A stretch of 53,963 nt of DNA from a virus (taxonomy: Duplodnaviria; Caudoviricetes), in the IMG/VR virus record IMGVR_UViG_3300020043_002749, positions 1 through 53,963 of that record; one strand, written 5' to 3'. The position numbers and the translations under genes were made by a program. A model generated the notes under the pieces. It saw only the letters and a program-made list of their open reading frames with translations. It made no database searches and was not told where the DNA came from. Shown here piece after piece: positions 37,147 to 46,626 of this stretch (positions are counted from its first letter, which is position 1; every line of letters starts with the position of its first letter).

Positions 37147-37385
37147 GCCCAGTCTTCCAATCTCCCGTCTGGGATGTAAGGGTCAAAATAGGAAAGGTTG
37201 ACTCCTACCCGTGAGTTTTTGTTACTTTTTGTCTGGTAGTGAAGAAAACCACTACTCCCGAATCCATCTTTGTTCTCTTCGCACCAAACAGGTTGAGATA
37301 AGTCTAAAACACCATTAAAGTATCTGGAGTAGTCCTCCGCAGCTTTTCCGGCCTTAGTTGGATTAAAAACGTAAAGGGATTTCAT
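37143..37385 (-). CDS. Small protein with C-terminal LEDWA tag
   Basis: YVFNP...DLSQP motif; ends RLEDWA*. Confidence 0.65.
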   Translation of the reverse strand: MKSLYVFNPTKAGKAAEDYSRYFNGVLDLSQPVWCEENKDGFGSSGFLHYQTKSNKNSRVGVNLSYFDPYIPDGRLEDWA

Positions 37386-37642
37386 AGCCAATCCTCCAAA
37401 TTCGTTTTAAGAACAAAATCAATGGGGAGGAGGTCTTCTTTGTAGATTCTGTAACGGTGATAGCCCCGTCTTTTGTTTTTCACTGTGTCCCACAAATAAC
37501 ACACCAAGCTTTGATCCCCCCTGTCATATTGCACTTGATACACTCGATCTGTACCACCTTTTCGGCGGTGCATATCATAAGGCAGATTACCATAACGGGG
37601 TTGTGTCGGATGCAGCTTTACTAGGCTCCCTGCTGGGTACAT
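37382..37642 (-). CDS. Small KOW/SH3-like protein with C-terminal LEDWL tag
   Basis: YPAGSLVKL motif; ends NLEDWL*. Confidence 0.65.
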   Translation of the reverse strand: MYPAGSLVKLHPTQPRYGNLPYDMHRRKGGTDRVYQVQYDRGDQSLVCYLWDTVKNKRRGYHRYRIYKEDLLPIDFVLKTNLEDWL

Positions 37643-38022
37643 TATGCAAAATCCTCTAACTTAAGTTTGAGAAAGTCCAATGGTCTTGATAGACGATCAA
37701 ATACCTCCTCTAAGAAGATAACCTCTTCTCTGCCTACACCATAATCACCACACACCCTGTCGTAACTTAGCCCCCCTGTTTTCCTGTGATATAAGGCCGC
37801 AAAAGCGTACCGTTGGATTTCAACGCCACTTCGTTTTAATAGGGACGTAGCACCAGACCAATCCAATTTAATAGTATAGTTCTCTGGTTGTTCCACAAAA
37901 GAGGAGAAGAAAGAAATGGCATCTTTCCCGTTTACCATGTCAAAGAATACCCCGTGTTCTCCACTTTGGCAAGCATTCATAAAAGCACCGACAGCTTTGT
38001 TTTTAGCTGCTTCATCTAACAT
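37642..38022 (-). CDS. Helical protein with C-terminal LEDFA tag
   Basis: Paralogous to 44289-44678; ends KLEDFA*. Confidence 0.65.
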   Translation of the reverse strand: MLDEAAKNKAVGAFMNACQSGEHGVFFDMVNGKDAISFFSSFVEQPENYTIKLDWSGATSLLKRSGVEIQRYAFAALYHRKTGGLSYDRVCGDYGVGREEVIFLEEVFDRLSRPLDFLKLKLEDFA

Positions 38023-38264
38023 TACATGTAATCCTCAATTTTTTCGAAGGTGTTGGATACAAGTTCAATTTCATTGGCCCGAAAAGCGGAAAGCAACAGT
38101 TTTTCAAACAGACACCCCATTGGGTACCTGTGAGAGGGAGTTATAGACATCACCTTTCCAACCTCTCCAATATGTCTGTTCTCCCCTGCGTGATCTACCG
38201 AAAGACCTTCTGAGTCTTTTATTCCCAGAAATCTTACATAATCACCTACCTTAATATGGTTCAT
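38022..38264 (-). CDS. Small KOW/SH3-like protein with C-terminal IEDYM tag
   Basis: IKVGDYVRF motif; ends KIEDYM*. Confidence 0.65.
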   Translation of the reverse strand: MNHIKVGDYVRFLGIKDSEGLSVDHAGENRHIGEVGKVMSITPSHRYPMGCLFEKLLLSAFRANEIELVSNTFEKIEDYM

Positions 38265-38276
38265 ATGGCACCTTTG

Positions 38277-39122
38277 TCAAGATGAGAAGAGGTTTTTATT
38301 TTTGTTGAAGATGTTCAGGTCAACCACATTCCAATCACGAGAGTAGATGGCGTACTGGATATTTCTCACCCCAGTTCGAATTTTACTCTCAGTTGCATAT
38401 TGTCCAAAGACCTTGTAATGTGGACCAAGCAGATCACGAGCAAAAGCTTCAAAACCACGTTCACTTGCTTGTCCGAGAAGGTCTGTAGGGTTGGGGAGAG
38501 TTTTAGCAAACTCTTTTACATAGTTCAATGCCCCTGCCCAAGCTTTAATCTTGTCAAAATCTGTCGTAGATTCCAACGCACGAAACTCCACAGAGCCATA
38601 TTTGAACAAACTGGTAATGTTTAAGCTGGCATAACGAAGGTCTTCTGTGTCCAAAGTCTTAAGAGAGTTGGTCAGGATCATCTCCGTGATCATGTCAAGC
38701 GTATAACTTGCATCAGACATACGCAGACAGAAGTGATTCCCAGTACGGGTTTTGTCACAGAATGATAGGAACACTTCCTCCAATACAAAGTAGGCTGCGA
38801 TAAAGGTGACCAACTGCTTGGGGGTGAGGTCTTGCACGTTAACGTGTACGTGAACACCTGCACGGTAGGTGGGACGAACCTTGGTCTTAGAGTTTTTCAT
38901 AGCACCAGTGAGTTCGTTAAAAGCCTCTGTCAACTTATCCTCGTTAAGAGGTTGACGTAACACAAACTCCCCACTTTCCCCACGAAGAGAGGCGTCTCGC
39001 TCAAGACGCCAATGATTTGATACAGCCTCTGCGGGAGGCAAATTGTCTGCCTCAATTTCAATCTCAACTCCGAGGCTGCCCTCTTGCTTGCGGCAAGGGA
39101 TAAGGTCTGCGATTTTAGCCAT
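38277..39122 (-). CDS. Putative amidoligase (glutamine synthetase/GCS-like fold)
   Basis: GVEIEIE, DASL...EF, GVHVHV, RYASLN and SVEFR motifs. Confidence 0.85.
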   Translation of the reverse strand: MAKIADLIPCRKQEGSLGVEIEIEADNLPPAEAVSNHWRLERDASLRGESGEFVLRQPLNEDKLTEAFNELTGAMKNSKTKVRPTYRAGVHVHVNVQDLTPKQLVTFIAAYFVLEEVFLSFCDKTRTGNHFCLRMSDASYTLDMITEMILTNSLKTLDTEDLRYASLNITSLFKYGSVEFRALESTTDFDKIKAWAGALNYVKEFAKTLPNPTDLLGQASERGFEAFARDLLGPHYKVFGQYATESKIRTGVRNIQYAIYSRDWNVVDLNIFNKNKNLFSS

Positions 39123-39687
39123 TGTAATATCCTACAACTTCTGCAAGGTGCTGTTCAAGAAAGAATTTATCTGGGTTAAGGACCAGACGGCCTTCGATAA
39201 GTTTTCCCACCTCATACTTACGGTACACAAGAAGGGTTTCTTCCCCCCTGCTTGCCAAACCGAAGTCTCTTGAAAAAGCCATCGAACGGTTTTTTGTTTT
39301 CTTCAGGTAAGAGATGCAGTCTGCTAGGCTGGGGTAGTTATTCATAACGGTTTTGGTCAAACTGCGAAGACCAATATCCCTTTTGTCGGAGCCGTACACA
39401 ACAAGGCTGTTAAGTGAGAGACCTTGCTTCCAATCTTTACGCATAGGTTTGCGACAAGCAAAGACCATCTTTCCATTGTAGTTAACAAACCCCAACTTTA
39501 CAGGGGTTAAGTCAAGTTGAGAGAGGGGTAAGGTTTCTGTGACCTCTAAGGCCATGTCAGTACCAAAACAGACCATCACCTTACTTTCAACACTCACTTG
39601 ATCTACAATAAACGGGTGACCATCACTCTTTCTGATCAAAGTTCCTTCTAAACGTTTTTTGGCATATTCGAGATCATCGTCATACAT
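39115..39687 (-). CDS. Hypothetical protein of the amidoligase cluster
   Basis: LGFVN...R.P.RK.WKQGL motif; lies between the two ligase genes. Confidence 0.65.
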   Translation of the reverse strand: MYDDDLEYAKKRLEGTLIRKSDGHPFIVDQVSVESKVMVCFGTDMALEVTETLPLSQLDLTPVKLGFVNYNGKMVFACRKPMRKDWKQGLSLNSLVVYGSDKRDIGLRSLTKTVMNNYPSLADCISYLKKTKNRSMAFSRDFGLASRGEETLLVYRKYEVGKLIEGRLVLNPDKFFLEQHLAEVVGYYNG

Positions 39688-40529
39688 TATACTGCCTCAC
39701 GATAGTGCTTCGGAGATTTGATGTTGCCATAGTTGAAAGCAAAGATAGCCGCCGAGTTCCACTTTTCATCTGTTTTGGAGATGATGTCACGGGCGGTAAG
39801 ACCATAGAACTGAGTGTCACCAACATCGGGGTTATCAAAAGTGGCTTTGATAGCGTCCATCGTATTGAAATAGACCAGTTTACGGAGGTGAGGTTGGGTA
39901 ATCCACTTGTTGCTAAGGACTCGATACTCCATGCCGTACGGCTTGGGACGGAATGCACCAGCAGCACCGTACAAAGAACGACGACGGTCATCATTATCCC
40001 AAGCAAGGGAGGGGATGCCAAGGTAAACGTCAAGGGCTTTGGTCAGGGCACGACAAGCTTCGAGGTGCCCTTCGTTATTGATGTCAACCGCCTCTGTGGT
40101 CCAACCGATATGAACGTGACCGGATGCAGTACGGAAGGGAGTGTCTGCATTGGGGCGTGGGTTCGCCATTTTCGTGTAAGCATTGAAGTCGGGAGAGCAA
40201 CCAAGCTCACTCGCCTCTTTCGGCTGTGATTGGATATATTCCAAGCCAAAGTCAGCAACGGGTTCCACAAAGACCTCATAGCCGGGGATCATGCCCATAA
40301 TGCTGTCCATCACAGTGGTCATATTGTCTTCAAACTGAGTGTAGTCGTTGGCCGGATCGATGTTGAACTCCAAAGCCATGCCATCCACTTGTACAGCGCC
40401 TTTAGGCACTTTGAACGGGGCCTCTTTGGTGCCGGGGATAAGGCCATGTGCAGAATGCAACTTGCCAAACTTTTTGACGAAGAACTCCGGGTCAGCGCCA
40501 ATCTTGAACTCAATGCCGTTGATTTTCAT
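39687..40529 (-). CDS. phiEco32-like COOH-NH2 ligase type 2
   Basis: GADPEFF, QVDGMALEFN, GCSPDFNAY, SGHVHIG and RRSLYG.AG.FR.KPYGMEYRVLSN motifs. Confidence 0.88.
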   Translation of the reverse strand: MKINGIEFKIGADPEFFVKKFGKLHSAHGLIPGTKEAPFKVPKGAVQVDGMALEFNIDPANDYTQFEDNMTTVMDSIMGMIPGYEVFVEPVADFGLEYIQSQPKEASELGCSPDFNAYTKMANPRPNADTPFRTASGHVHIGWTTEAVDINNEGHLEACRALTKALDVYLGIPSLAWDNDDRRRSLYGAAGAFRPKPYGMEYRVLSNKWITQPHLRKLVYFNTMDAIKATFDNPDVGDTQFYGLTARDIISKTDEKWNSAAIFAFNYGNIKSPKHYREAV

Positions 40530-40538
40530 GTTGTATCC

Positions 40539-41918
40539 TTACGCGATTTTGGTTTTGTGGTTTTTGATCATGTCTTCTACATAAGAGATGTCTTTGCACT
40601 CTTTGCAAAAGAAGAAGTTTTGGTCCAGCCAAACAACTTCAGCTCGGTCTTCCCAAGTTGGAACAGTGTAGCAGCATTGGCAACCTTCCTCAGTGCGTTT
40701 CTCATAGGCGCTGCGAGTCAGATACACTGACTTATCGTGCCAAGGTGCGAAGTCACTGAGTTGCTCTTGCTTTCGGATTTGGAATCCTTTGTTGTCAAGA
40801 CGAACAACATCAACATCGTCCTTAAGTTTGATGAAGTTCATCTCTCCCCAGTTACACCAGAATTGTGTTGGGTCTTGAGTATTACGGAACACTTTGCGAG
40901 CAAAGAAGAACCCCTTCTCCCCCTCTTTGGTAAGACGCTCTTTTGCGGCTTTGTACATTGGAAGGGGGATAATCACCCTTACCGCAGCGCCAGAGGCTAG
41001 GTGACCAAAAGCAGCAGGAGCGTTAGGAATATCGTGAAACTCTGTCACGATTAGTTGTTCACCCGTGTTCTGATTAGGTTTTACAACAGGCTTATCTACC
41101 TTTGGTTTTTCGTCTCCCCAATCGTTTCTCCAATCGTCCCAATCTCTTTGATGGAAGAAGTTTGACCGGAAGTACGTAGGCTTTGCGACGAAAGGGGGCA
41201 CAGTGGTCTCCGTATGGTGGATTTCTCCTTTCTCATACAGTTCAAATGTGTAGAGGGTGTTAGGTTTGACCTCCACAATGTCGTTAGTCGCAAGACTATT
41301 ACGACCAGCCGCAATGACAAGCATCCAACTTTCTGATGCCCACATTATCCCCTTATTGTCTTTGGAGTAGACCAAGAACAGAGGTCTTTGTGAATTACGA
41401 ATGATGTGGAACTTTTTTGTTACTTTGTCCCACCAAGTTAAGGCCAACGCTCCATCAGCGTCTTTCCAAACCTCTTTGATGTCTTGAGTGTGGGAAAGGT
41501 GCGAATAGATGATTTGAGAGTCCACATCATAGTCATCGTAACCATGAAACTTTTTAATCGAGGACATGCTGACGGTACCATTGTGAGCACCTACAACATT
41601 ATCAAACTCAAAGGGGTGAGCATTCTCAACATTGATTTTACCTTGCGTGGCAAAGCGATTATGACCAATATAGAGATTGACATTCCTAAACGTCAACGAA
41701 CGACCACGAGTTGCTTTGTTGTGTTCGTAGAACAGCTCGGAGGCACCACCAACACTCTTAAACAACTCTACCTCTGGCTTATCCCCAAAGGCATTTGAGA
41801 TTGCTGCTACCCCTGTTGAGTCTTCTCCTCGGAGAACATCAAGGTACAGCATGTCGTGAAAAGCTTTCTTCAAGTTTTCAGTGACGGGATTTCCAAATAC
41901 GCCAACAAGTCCACACAA
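40539..41918 (-). CDS. Class II (Ntn) glutamine amidotransferase
   Basis: N-terminal (M)CGLVG, RGEDSTG, GHNRFAT, NAHPF, HNGT and VDS motifs; C-terminal Cys cluster. Confidence 0.9.
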   Translation of the reverse strand: MCGLVGVFGNPVTENLKKAFHDMLYLDVLRGEDSTGVAAISNAFGDKPEVELFKSVGGASELFYEHNKATRGRSLTFRNVNLYIGHNRFATQGKINVENAHPFEFDNVVGAHNGTVSMSSIKKFHGYDDYDVDSQIIYSHLSHTQDIKEVWKDADGALALTWWDKVTKKFHIIRNSQRPLFLVYSKDNKGIMWASESWMLVIAAGRNSLATNDIVEVKPNTLYTFELYEKGEIHHTETTVPPFVAKPTYFRSNFFHQRDWDDWRNDWGDEKPKVDKPVVKPNQNTGEQLIVTEFHDIPNAPAAFGHLASGAAVRVIIPLPMYKAAKERLTKEGEKGFFFARKVFRNTQDPTQFWCNWGEMNFIKLKDDVDVVRLDNKGFQIRKQEQLSDFAPWHDKSVYLTRSAYEKRTEEGCQCCYTVPTWEDRAEVVWLDQNFFFCKECKDISYVEDMIKNHKTKIA

Positions 41919-41929
41919 ATTAGCTCTCC

Positions 41930-42550
41930 TTACAGACCAAGAAAGGTTTCTAGATATTCAAAGTATTTGACACGACAGGGATGATCTACTCCACAATACT
42001 CTGGGTGGGGTTGATAGCACAGGCAGTCCGTAGCTGGGTAATAGAGGGCCTCTACGTCAGGGGTAATGCCACCTAGCTCCTGTGTCTCAAAGCCCTGCTT
42101 AACCTCAGCACAGGAAGCGGAGAGCAATAACATTGCCCCTTCTCCTGCAATCATCATTTGGTGATGGGTAGATGTGACCGCTACATCTTCCTGATTGATA
42201 TGGTCAAAAGCAGAATGAGTGCGACCAATAGCATGGTTTGTGACATGCTGCCACATACTCCCCTTGTTCATCACATTTAGGAACTGTGCCCCACGGCAAA
42301 TACCCGCCATAGGTACTTTGTTAGAGAATTGTAGGTAGATTGCTGCTTCTCGTGCATCACGAGCTGGGTTGGAGTGGGTAGCTGGATGCTTGCGCTCATT
42401 GTAATAGGAAGGGTCAACATCTTCTCCACCAGTAAACTGGATAAGATCAAAGCCAGTCTCAAGTGGATTATGTGTTACATCCCACCCCTCTTCGATGAAC
42501 ATACGCGCAATACCATAGTCCAACCCAACCACTAGGACTTTCTTACGCAT
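41930..42550 (-). CDS. Class I glutamine amidotransferase-like, PuuD/peptidase C26 gamma-glutamyl hydrolase
   Basis: TGGEDVDP..Y, RD..E, GICRGAQ, HHQ and QPHPE motifs. Confidence 0.88.
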   Translation of the reverse strand: MRKKVLVVGLDYGIARMFIEEGWDVTHNPLETGFDLIQFTGGEDVDPSYYNERKHPATHSNPARDAREAAIYLQFSNKVPMAGICRGAQFLNVMNKGSMWQHVTNHAIGRTHSAFDHINQEDVAVTSTHHQMMIAGEGAMLLLSASCAEVKQGFETQELGGITPDVEALYYPATDCLCYQPHPEYCGVDHPCRVKYFEYLETFLGL

Positions 42551-43409
42551 GGTGAATCCGTTCCAATGCTTGTTCCAGAACATTTTTGAAATCTTCTGGG
42601 GAGTTGATCGTATAACCCTTGACAGGGGCTTTCTCAAAGATATTGTAGTTCTTAGCAGCCGTGACTACTTTGGGCTGAATGCCACGCATCCAATCAGAAA
42701 AGGAGTCCTTGCTCCCCCCTTTAGACCACATAGCTGTCACAGAGTCCGTATAACCGGAGTTTTCCTTAAACGTCTCCTTCTTGAGGTTTTCTGGGGTGTT
42801 GTTCAGGAAATTGCGGTAGTAGGCTTCATTTGCATAGCTCAACTCGAATGGGCTGTGACCCGAAGATAGTCGTGCATACTGCAAGGGATAAAGCTTTTTA
42901 CCACTGCTGTGAGCCTTGTTATAAGAGGCCGAGAAGATATAGGCCTCTGCATGAGAGAATCCAAGACGAAGGATTTCTTCGTAAATCGGGAGGCGGGCGC
43001 AAACACTGTCTGTGTACTTCTCCGTAATGTTACGTGTTGCAATCAAAGCACTGGCGACAAAGTTAGCCGGGTATTCTGCACTGACCACCCAACCAAACTT
43101 CTTAATATCTTCCACATCTTTGGTGAGAAAGACAACAGCCCAAGGACTTTCGTTTGCCAACCAACGAATGTACTCGTCAGCAAAAGCTTGAGAGCTGAGA
43201 ATTGGCATAACCCATGATAGGATATACTTCACTTTGTAGGTCAGTTTTCCCTCCAACTGATATTTTTGCAAAGCTCCGTGGCAAGGCCCCCCACCAAGCA
43301 GACGGTAGAACCCACTGTCTTCAACCACTGCAATGTATGCGTTAGAGGAGCCTTTGTTAGTCTTGGCGTCCTTGGCAAATTGCGTTCTTACCTTCTCAAG
43401 TTCTTTCAT
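42543..43409 (-). CDS. Hypothetical protein of the ligase cluster (288 aa)
   Basis: ATG 43409 with AGGT RBS; aromatic-rich; no family recognised. Confidence 0.65.
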   Translation of the reverse strand: MKELEKVRTQFAKDAKTNKGSSNAYIAVVEDSGFYRLLGGGPCHGALQKYQLEGKLTYKVKYILSWVMPILSSQAFADEYIRWLANESPWAVVFLTKDVEDIKKFGWVVSAEYPANFVASALIATRNITEKYTDSVCARLPIYEEILRLGFSHAEAYIFSASYNKAHSSGKKLYPLQYARLSSGHSPFELSYANEAYYRNFLNNTPENLKKETFKENSGYTDSVTAMWSKGGSKDSFSDWMRGIQPKVVTAAKNYNIFEKAPVKGYTINSPEDFKNVLEQALERIHHA

Positions 43410-43416
43410 ATCGCAC

Positions 43417-44292
43417 CTATACGAGGATGGCTTCGTCGGACAAGGCCGGATGGATAAACTTCTTCCAACCGCCCAGATTTTCTGTAATACCAATCGTCTG
43501 TTTCCCGTGTTCAATCAGGTAGTCAAAACACTTAGCCATGCACTCCTGACGATAAGGAGAAGTTTGAGAGGGGGCAGAGTTGATTTCAAGGACGTAGGCA
43601 TTGCCCTCTGCGTCAACCATTACATCAACAGCCCCGAAGTCAAGTCCAGACAGCATAAAGGCTTCATAACTGATACGAACAGCTTTGAGGGGCCATTCGT
43701 CCCAACGAACATTGTCGAAGCGACCGCCACGGGCCACGTTCCATGCAACATCTTGGGGATTGCCCGGAGTTTTCTTGGCAATCCAACATACACGGCCTTG
43801 AACGAAGGTAACACGATACTCAGCCACCTTGGGAATGTATTCAGAGGCATACCAACCTTCACCACAACGTTGGATTGCTGCGTTTAGTTCCGCTACATTG
43901 TTGCACAGATAAACATGTTTACCTTGTGCATGGACGCGAGGACGCACAACAATCTTATCGTGGAAGAGAAGCAGTTCTTCTTGTGGAACATCTCCTTCTA
44001 GATAAGTCTTTGGACACAATGGACCCTTGCGGGGCGCGCCCTGATCTCCCCAAGTCTCCATCAACAAACTACGAAATCCAGCCTTATCGCCTACACGATG
44101 GATAGCCTCTGCCGTATTGACTACATTACGTGCGGGAACATTGCTAGTGGTCCCCCAACGAATGACAAGATCAACATCAGCGGGCATAGGCTGGTCATTA
44201 CGAACAACCAGATCAATCTTGTTAGAGAAAGCTGTGATTTCTTTACAGCTTGTACGGCCAAGTTTACGACGACGAAGCATTGCTACAGTCAT
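43417..44292 (-). CDS. ATP-grasp ligase (RimK-like)
   Basis: IRWG, DK, EYI...EYRV, WN...GG, GLDFGAVD and VLEINSAPS motifs. Confidence 0.9.
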   Translation of the reverse strand: MTVAMLRRRKLGRTSCKEITAFSNKIDLVVRNDQPMPADVDLVIRWGTTSNVPARNVVNTAEAIHRVGDKAGFRSLLMETWGDQGAPRKGPLCPKTYLEGDVPQEELLLFHDKIVVRPRVHAQGKHVYLCNNVAELNAAIQRCGEGWYASEYIPKVAEYRVTFVQGRVCWIAKKTPGNPQDVAWNVARGGRFDNVRWDEWPLKAVRISYEAFMLSGLDFGAVDVMVDAEGNAYVLEINSAPSQTSPYRQECMAKCFDYLIEHGKQTIGITENLGGWKKFIHPALSDEAILV

Positions 44293-44678
44293 TTGTAGTC
44301 CTCCAGTTTTTGTTTGGTGAAGTCGATTGGGTGGGCAAGACGATTAAACACTTGGTCAATGAAGTCTAGTTCTTCTTGCGTAACCTCTTCGAAAAACTCG
44401 AAATCCATGTCCATGTTAGGATTACCGCCAGCACGTTCATAAAAAGTTCCAAAGGCATCGTCAGAAAGATGGACTCCACCCTTTATAACCTGTTTAGCGG
44501 CTTTGCTCCAATTGAGGTGACTGTTGTACAACTCCGGGTATTTTGTTGCAGCTAAAAACAACTCAAATACACTTTTATACTTGTCTTGTGCATTAAAGAA
44601 TAGGTCGTTGTCTTCCTCCCAACCGTCGATGAAAGCCTTGACGGCCCTATTTACGGCGTCTTCTGTGAACTCTGTCAT
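44289..44678 (-). CDS. Helical protein with C-terminal LEDYK tag
   Basis: Ends VFNRLAHPIDFTKQKLEDYK*. Confidence 0.65.
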   Translation of the reverse strand: MTEFTEDAVNRAVKAFIDGWEEDNDLFFNAQDKYKSVFELFLAATKYPELYNSHLNWSKAAKQVIKGGVHLSDDAFGTFYERAGGNPNMDMDFEFFEEVTQEELDFIDQVFNRLAHPIDFTKQKLEDYK

Positions 44679-45013
44679 AGATAGTCCTCTAACTTTTGTG
44701 ACAAGCCCTCTTTAGCTAGGGTCATAAACACAGTTTGCAGAAATTGTTGTTTTTCACTGGCCTTGTCCATTTTGTCTCGATAATTTGCAAAATCTGACGA
44801 GGTTAGGAGTATTCCTAATCTCTCTAATTTGTCGCAAATGTGCGCCCACCAAAGAGAGTGAAAAATGCTAGGTGGTGAACTCAGTGCGGTTGAAAACACC
44901 TCTTGATAAGATTTGCACCTTTCTCTGGAGCTGTAAGAGTAGGCGCTACCATTTTTGGTCCACTCATTCTTAAAGAATGCCACTGTTAAGCTTACTTGTT
45001 TTGGTGTGTACAT
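44675..45013 (-). CDS. Helical protein with C-terminal LEDYL tag
   Basis: Ends FLQTVFMTLAKEGLSQKLEDYL*. Confidence 0.6.
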   Translation of the reverse strand: MYTPKQVSLTVAFFKNEWTKNGSAYSYSSRERCKSYQEVFSTALSSPPSIFHSLWWAHICDKLERLGILLTSSDFANYRDKMDKASEKQQFLQTVFMTLAKEGLSQKLEDYL

Positions 45014-45026
45014 CACAACCCCCAAA

Positions 45027-45098
45027 AAATATTTATTTTTTCAGACCCCTTGACAAGCCTTCGTTTTTGACTATATATAACTAGGGGTTTAAAAATTA
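45027..45098 (+). promoter_or_regulatory. 72-bp promoter-like element, copy 2
   Basis: AT-rich tract, TTGACA at 45050-45055 and TATATA at 45072-45077; inverted near-copy of 12470-12541. Confidence 0.7.
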
Positions 45099-45494
45099 CC
45101 TGTCCCAGTAATAATACTTATTATTGTTATAGTCTATGGTATTACATAGTGGTCTACCATTAACCCACTCATTCATCTCATAGATCATAACATCCTCTTC
45201 TCGTTGAAGAGCAGGAAGAAGGACACGAATGGTGTCGCGTTTGTACCAAACAGGATGACCTTCCAAACTGTCACAGGCACTAAGATGCTTATCATTGATC
45301 TCAAATACCTCCCCCATGATAGGAAGCATGGGAAACAACTCTTCGTCTTTCGTGAATGTTACAGCCTTCGGAAAGCCGCAGTTAAAGAGTGCATACTTTT
45401 TCTCCGTAAAAGCTTCCCCAAGGAAAGAGGCTCCACGCAGTAGTGCGTTATTACCATACCCAAGTTTAAGGGTGCCATATACCATAAGTTTCAT
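45096..45494 (-). CDS. Gamma-glutamyl cyclotransferase (AIG2-like)
   Basis: VYGTLK, GEVFE and D.LEGHP..YKR motifs. Confidence 0.88.
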   Translation of the reverse strand: MKLMVYGTLKLGYGNNALLRGASFLGEAFTEKKYALFNCGFPKAVTFTKDEELFPMLPIMGEVFEINDKHLSACDSLEGHPVWYKRDTIRVLLPALQREEDVMIYEMNEWVNGRPLCNTIDYNNNKYYYWDR

Positions 45495-45721
45495 GCGAAA
45501 TCCTCAAGAGTTTGGGTTGGGTCAATATATTGACAGAAGAGGGACAAGTCAGGGCCTGCCGCCATTTTTCCTTCTAAGTTGTCGTGACAAACTTCCCACC
45601 CATTAATGATAAAGACACTATCTAGTGGAAGTTTGTATCTACGACACCAAGACCTCCACCAATCATTGTAGTGTTGAGGCTTTCTTGTGACTAAAGTCCC
45701 ATTAGGAAAAGGTTGGCTCAT
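45491..45721 (-). CDS. Small KOW/SH3-like protein with C-terminal LEDFA tag
   Basis: FPNGTLVTRK motif; ends QTLEDFA*. Confidence 0.65.
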   Translation of the reverse strand: MSQPFPNGTLVTRKPQHYNDWWRSWCRRYKLPLDSVFIINGWEVCHDNLEGKMAAGPDLSLFCQYIDPTQTLEDFA

Positions 45722-45730
45722 GTGTTGTCC

Positions 45731-46012
45731 TCACACGTTAGGGGGAAGTGCAAAACTCTGGAAGTGTTCCCCATTAGCCTGAATGCAAGACAACCCTTGT
45801 GCATCAGTAGAGAGCAAAGTGAAAGTCCCCGTCTCTGGATTCACAAACACCTCCAATAGGATACCACCAACATCCATTCCCACGAATGCAAGAAACTCCT
45901 TGTAGTCGTTTTCAAGGTAGGAATAAACCTGTTCACTTGGCCCACAGTTAATGTTTTGGGCAACAGATGTGGTAGCAAAAAGGGAGAGGGCAATTGCGAC
46001 AAGAGCTTTCAT
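45731..46012 (-). CDS. Secreted protein with signal peptide
   Basis: MKALVAIALSLFATTSVA-Q signal; two Cys; EVFVN.ETGTFT...G.SC resembles small Rhodobacterales periplasmic proteins. Confidence 0.65.
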   Translation of the reverse strand: MKALVAIALSLFATTSVAQNINCGPSEQVYSYLENDYKEFLAFVGMDVGGILLEVFVNPETGTFTLLSTDAQGLSCIQANGEHFQSFALPPNV

Positions 46013-46021
46013 TTTATTCTC

Positions 46022-46288
46022 CTACATAAAGTCCTCTAAGGACTGGTTGATGTTTATAGGTTTGAAGCAGTGGGTAACGAGATGTTTGCTTTCTCCTGCA
46101 CGATACCCCGTGTCAAAGATAAGGTGGAGGGAATATTTATCAGGTCTTCCATAAAGAGGGGGTTCAAACTTGACAAACTTAGCGGGACGAGTTAGGTCAA
46201 TGCTATTAGCTCTGGCCCAATTAATGTGGGAATCGTAGTCTGCTTGATGGGTAACCCTACAAGATGGGTCGAAAATCCATTCTTCCAT
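46022..46288 (-). CDS. Small protein with C-terminal LEDFM tag
   Basis: WIFDP...DLTRP motif; ends QSLEDFM*. Confidence 0.65.
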   Translation of the reverse strand: MEEWIFDPSCRVTHQADYDSHINWARANSIDLTRPAKFVKFEPPLYGRPDKYSLHLIFDTGYRAGESKHLVTHCFKPININQSLEDFM

Positions 46289-46294
46289 ATTTCC

Positions 46295-46522
46295 TCACAC
46301 ATAATCGGAGAGGTTACCCTCTACAACACAAAGATCAAAGACCCCCCAATCTACAGAAGTTACCACATCTTCCATCATTTTTAGTCCTACGTTATTACCA
46401 CGACCAAAACCTTTTTCAAAAGGTTTATTTAGGTCTACTTTTCTGTCTTTTGCCCAACTCTCATACGCTTCCAAAAGGCTGAGTTTTGCTGCCTTACCTT
46501 TGTTGAACTTATAAAATTCCAT
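46295..46522 (-). CDS. Small protein with C-terminal LSDYV tag
   Basis: ATG 46522 after AGGTGG; YKFN...DLNKP motif; ends NLSDYV*. Confidence 0.65.
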   Translation of the reverse strand: MEFYKFNKGKAAKLSLLEAYESWAKDRKVDLNKPFEKGFGRGNNVGLKMMEDVVTSVDWGVFDLCVVEGNLSDYV

Positions 46523-46540
46523 TATCCACCTGTAAAAGAA

Positions 46541-46617
46541 TGGCCTGCCCGGAGGGACTCGAACCCCCAACATACGAGGTAGAAGCTCGTTGTTCTATCC
46601 AGTTGAACTACGGACAG
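46541..46617 (-). tRNA. tRNA-Arg (UCU)
   Basis: Cloverleaf with acceptor CTGTCCG/CGGGCAG, anticodon arm ACGAG-CTTCTAC-CTCGT, TTCGAGT T-loop, A20 and encoded CCA. Confidence 0.92.
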
Positions 46618-46626
46618 GTAATTAGG

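Noticed and set aside
37143-37642. LysW-like carrier proteins (EDW resembles the LysW EDWGE tail)
   Set aside because: No terminal Glu and no zinc-ribbon cysteines; kept only as an analogy.
37636-39690. TAATGTA as a phiEco32-type phage-sigma promoter
   Set aside because: The occurrences here are explained by TAATG stop-start overlaps followed by a Tyr codon.
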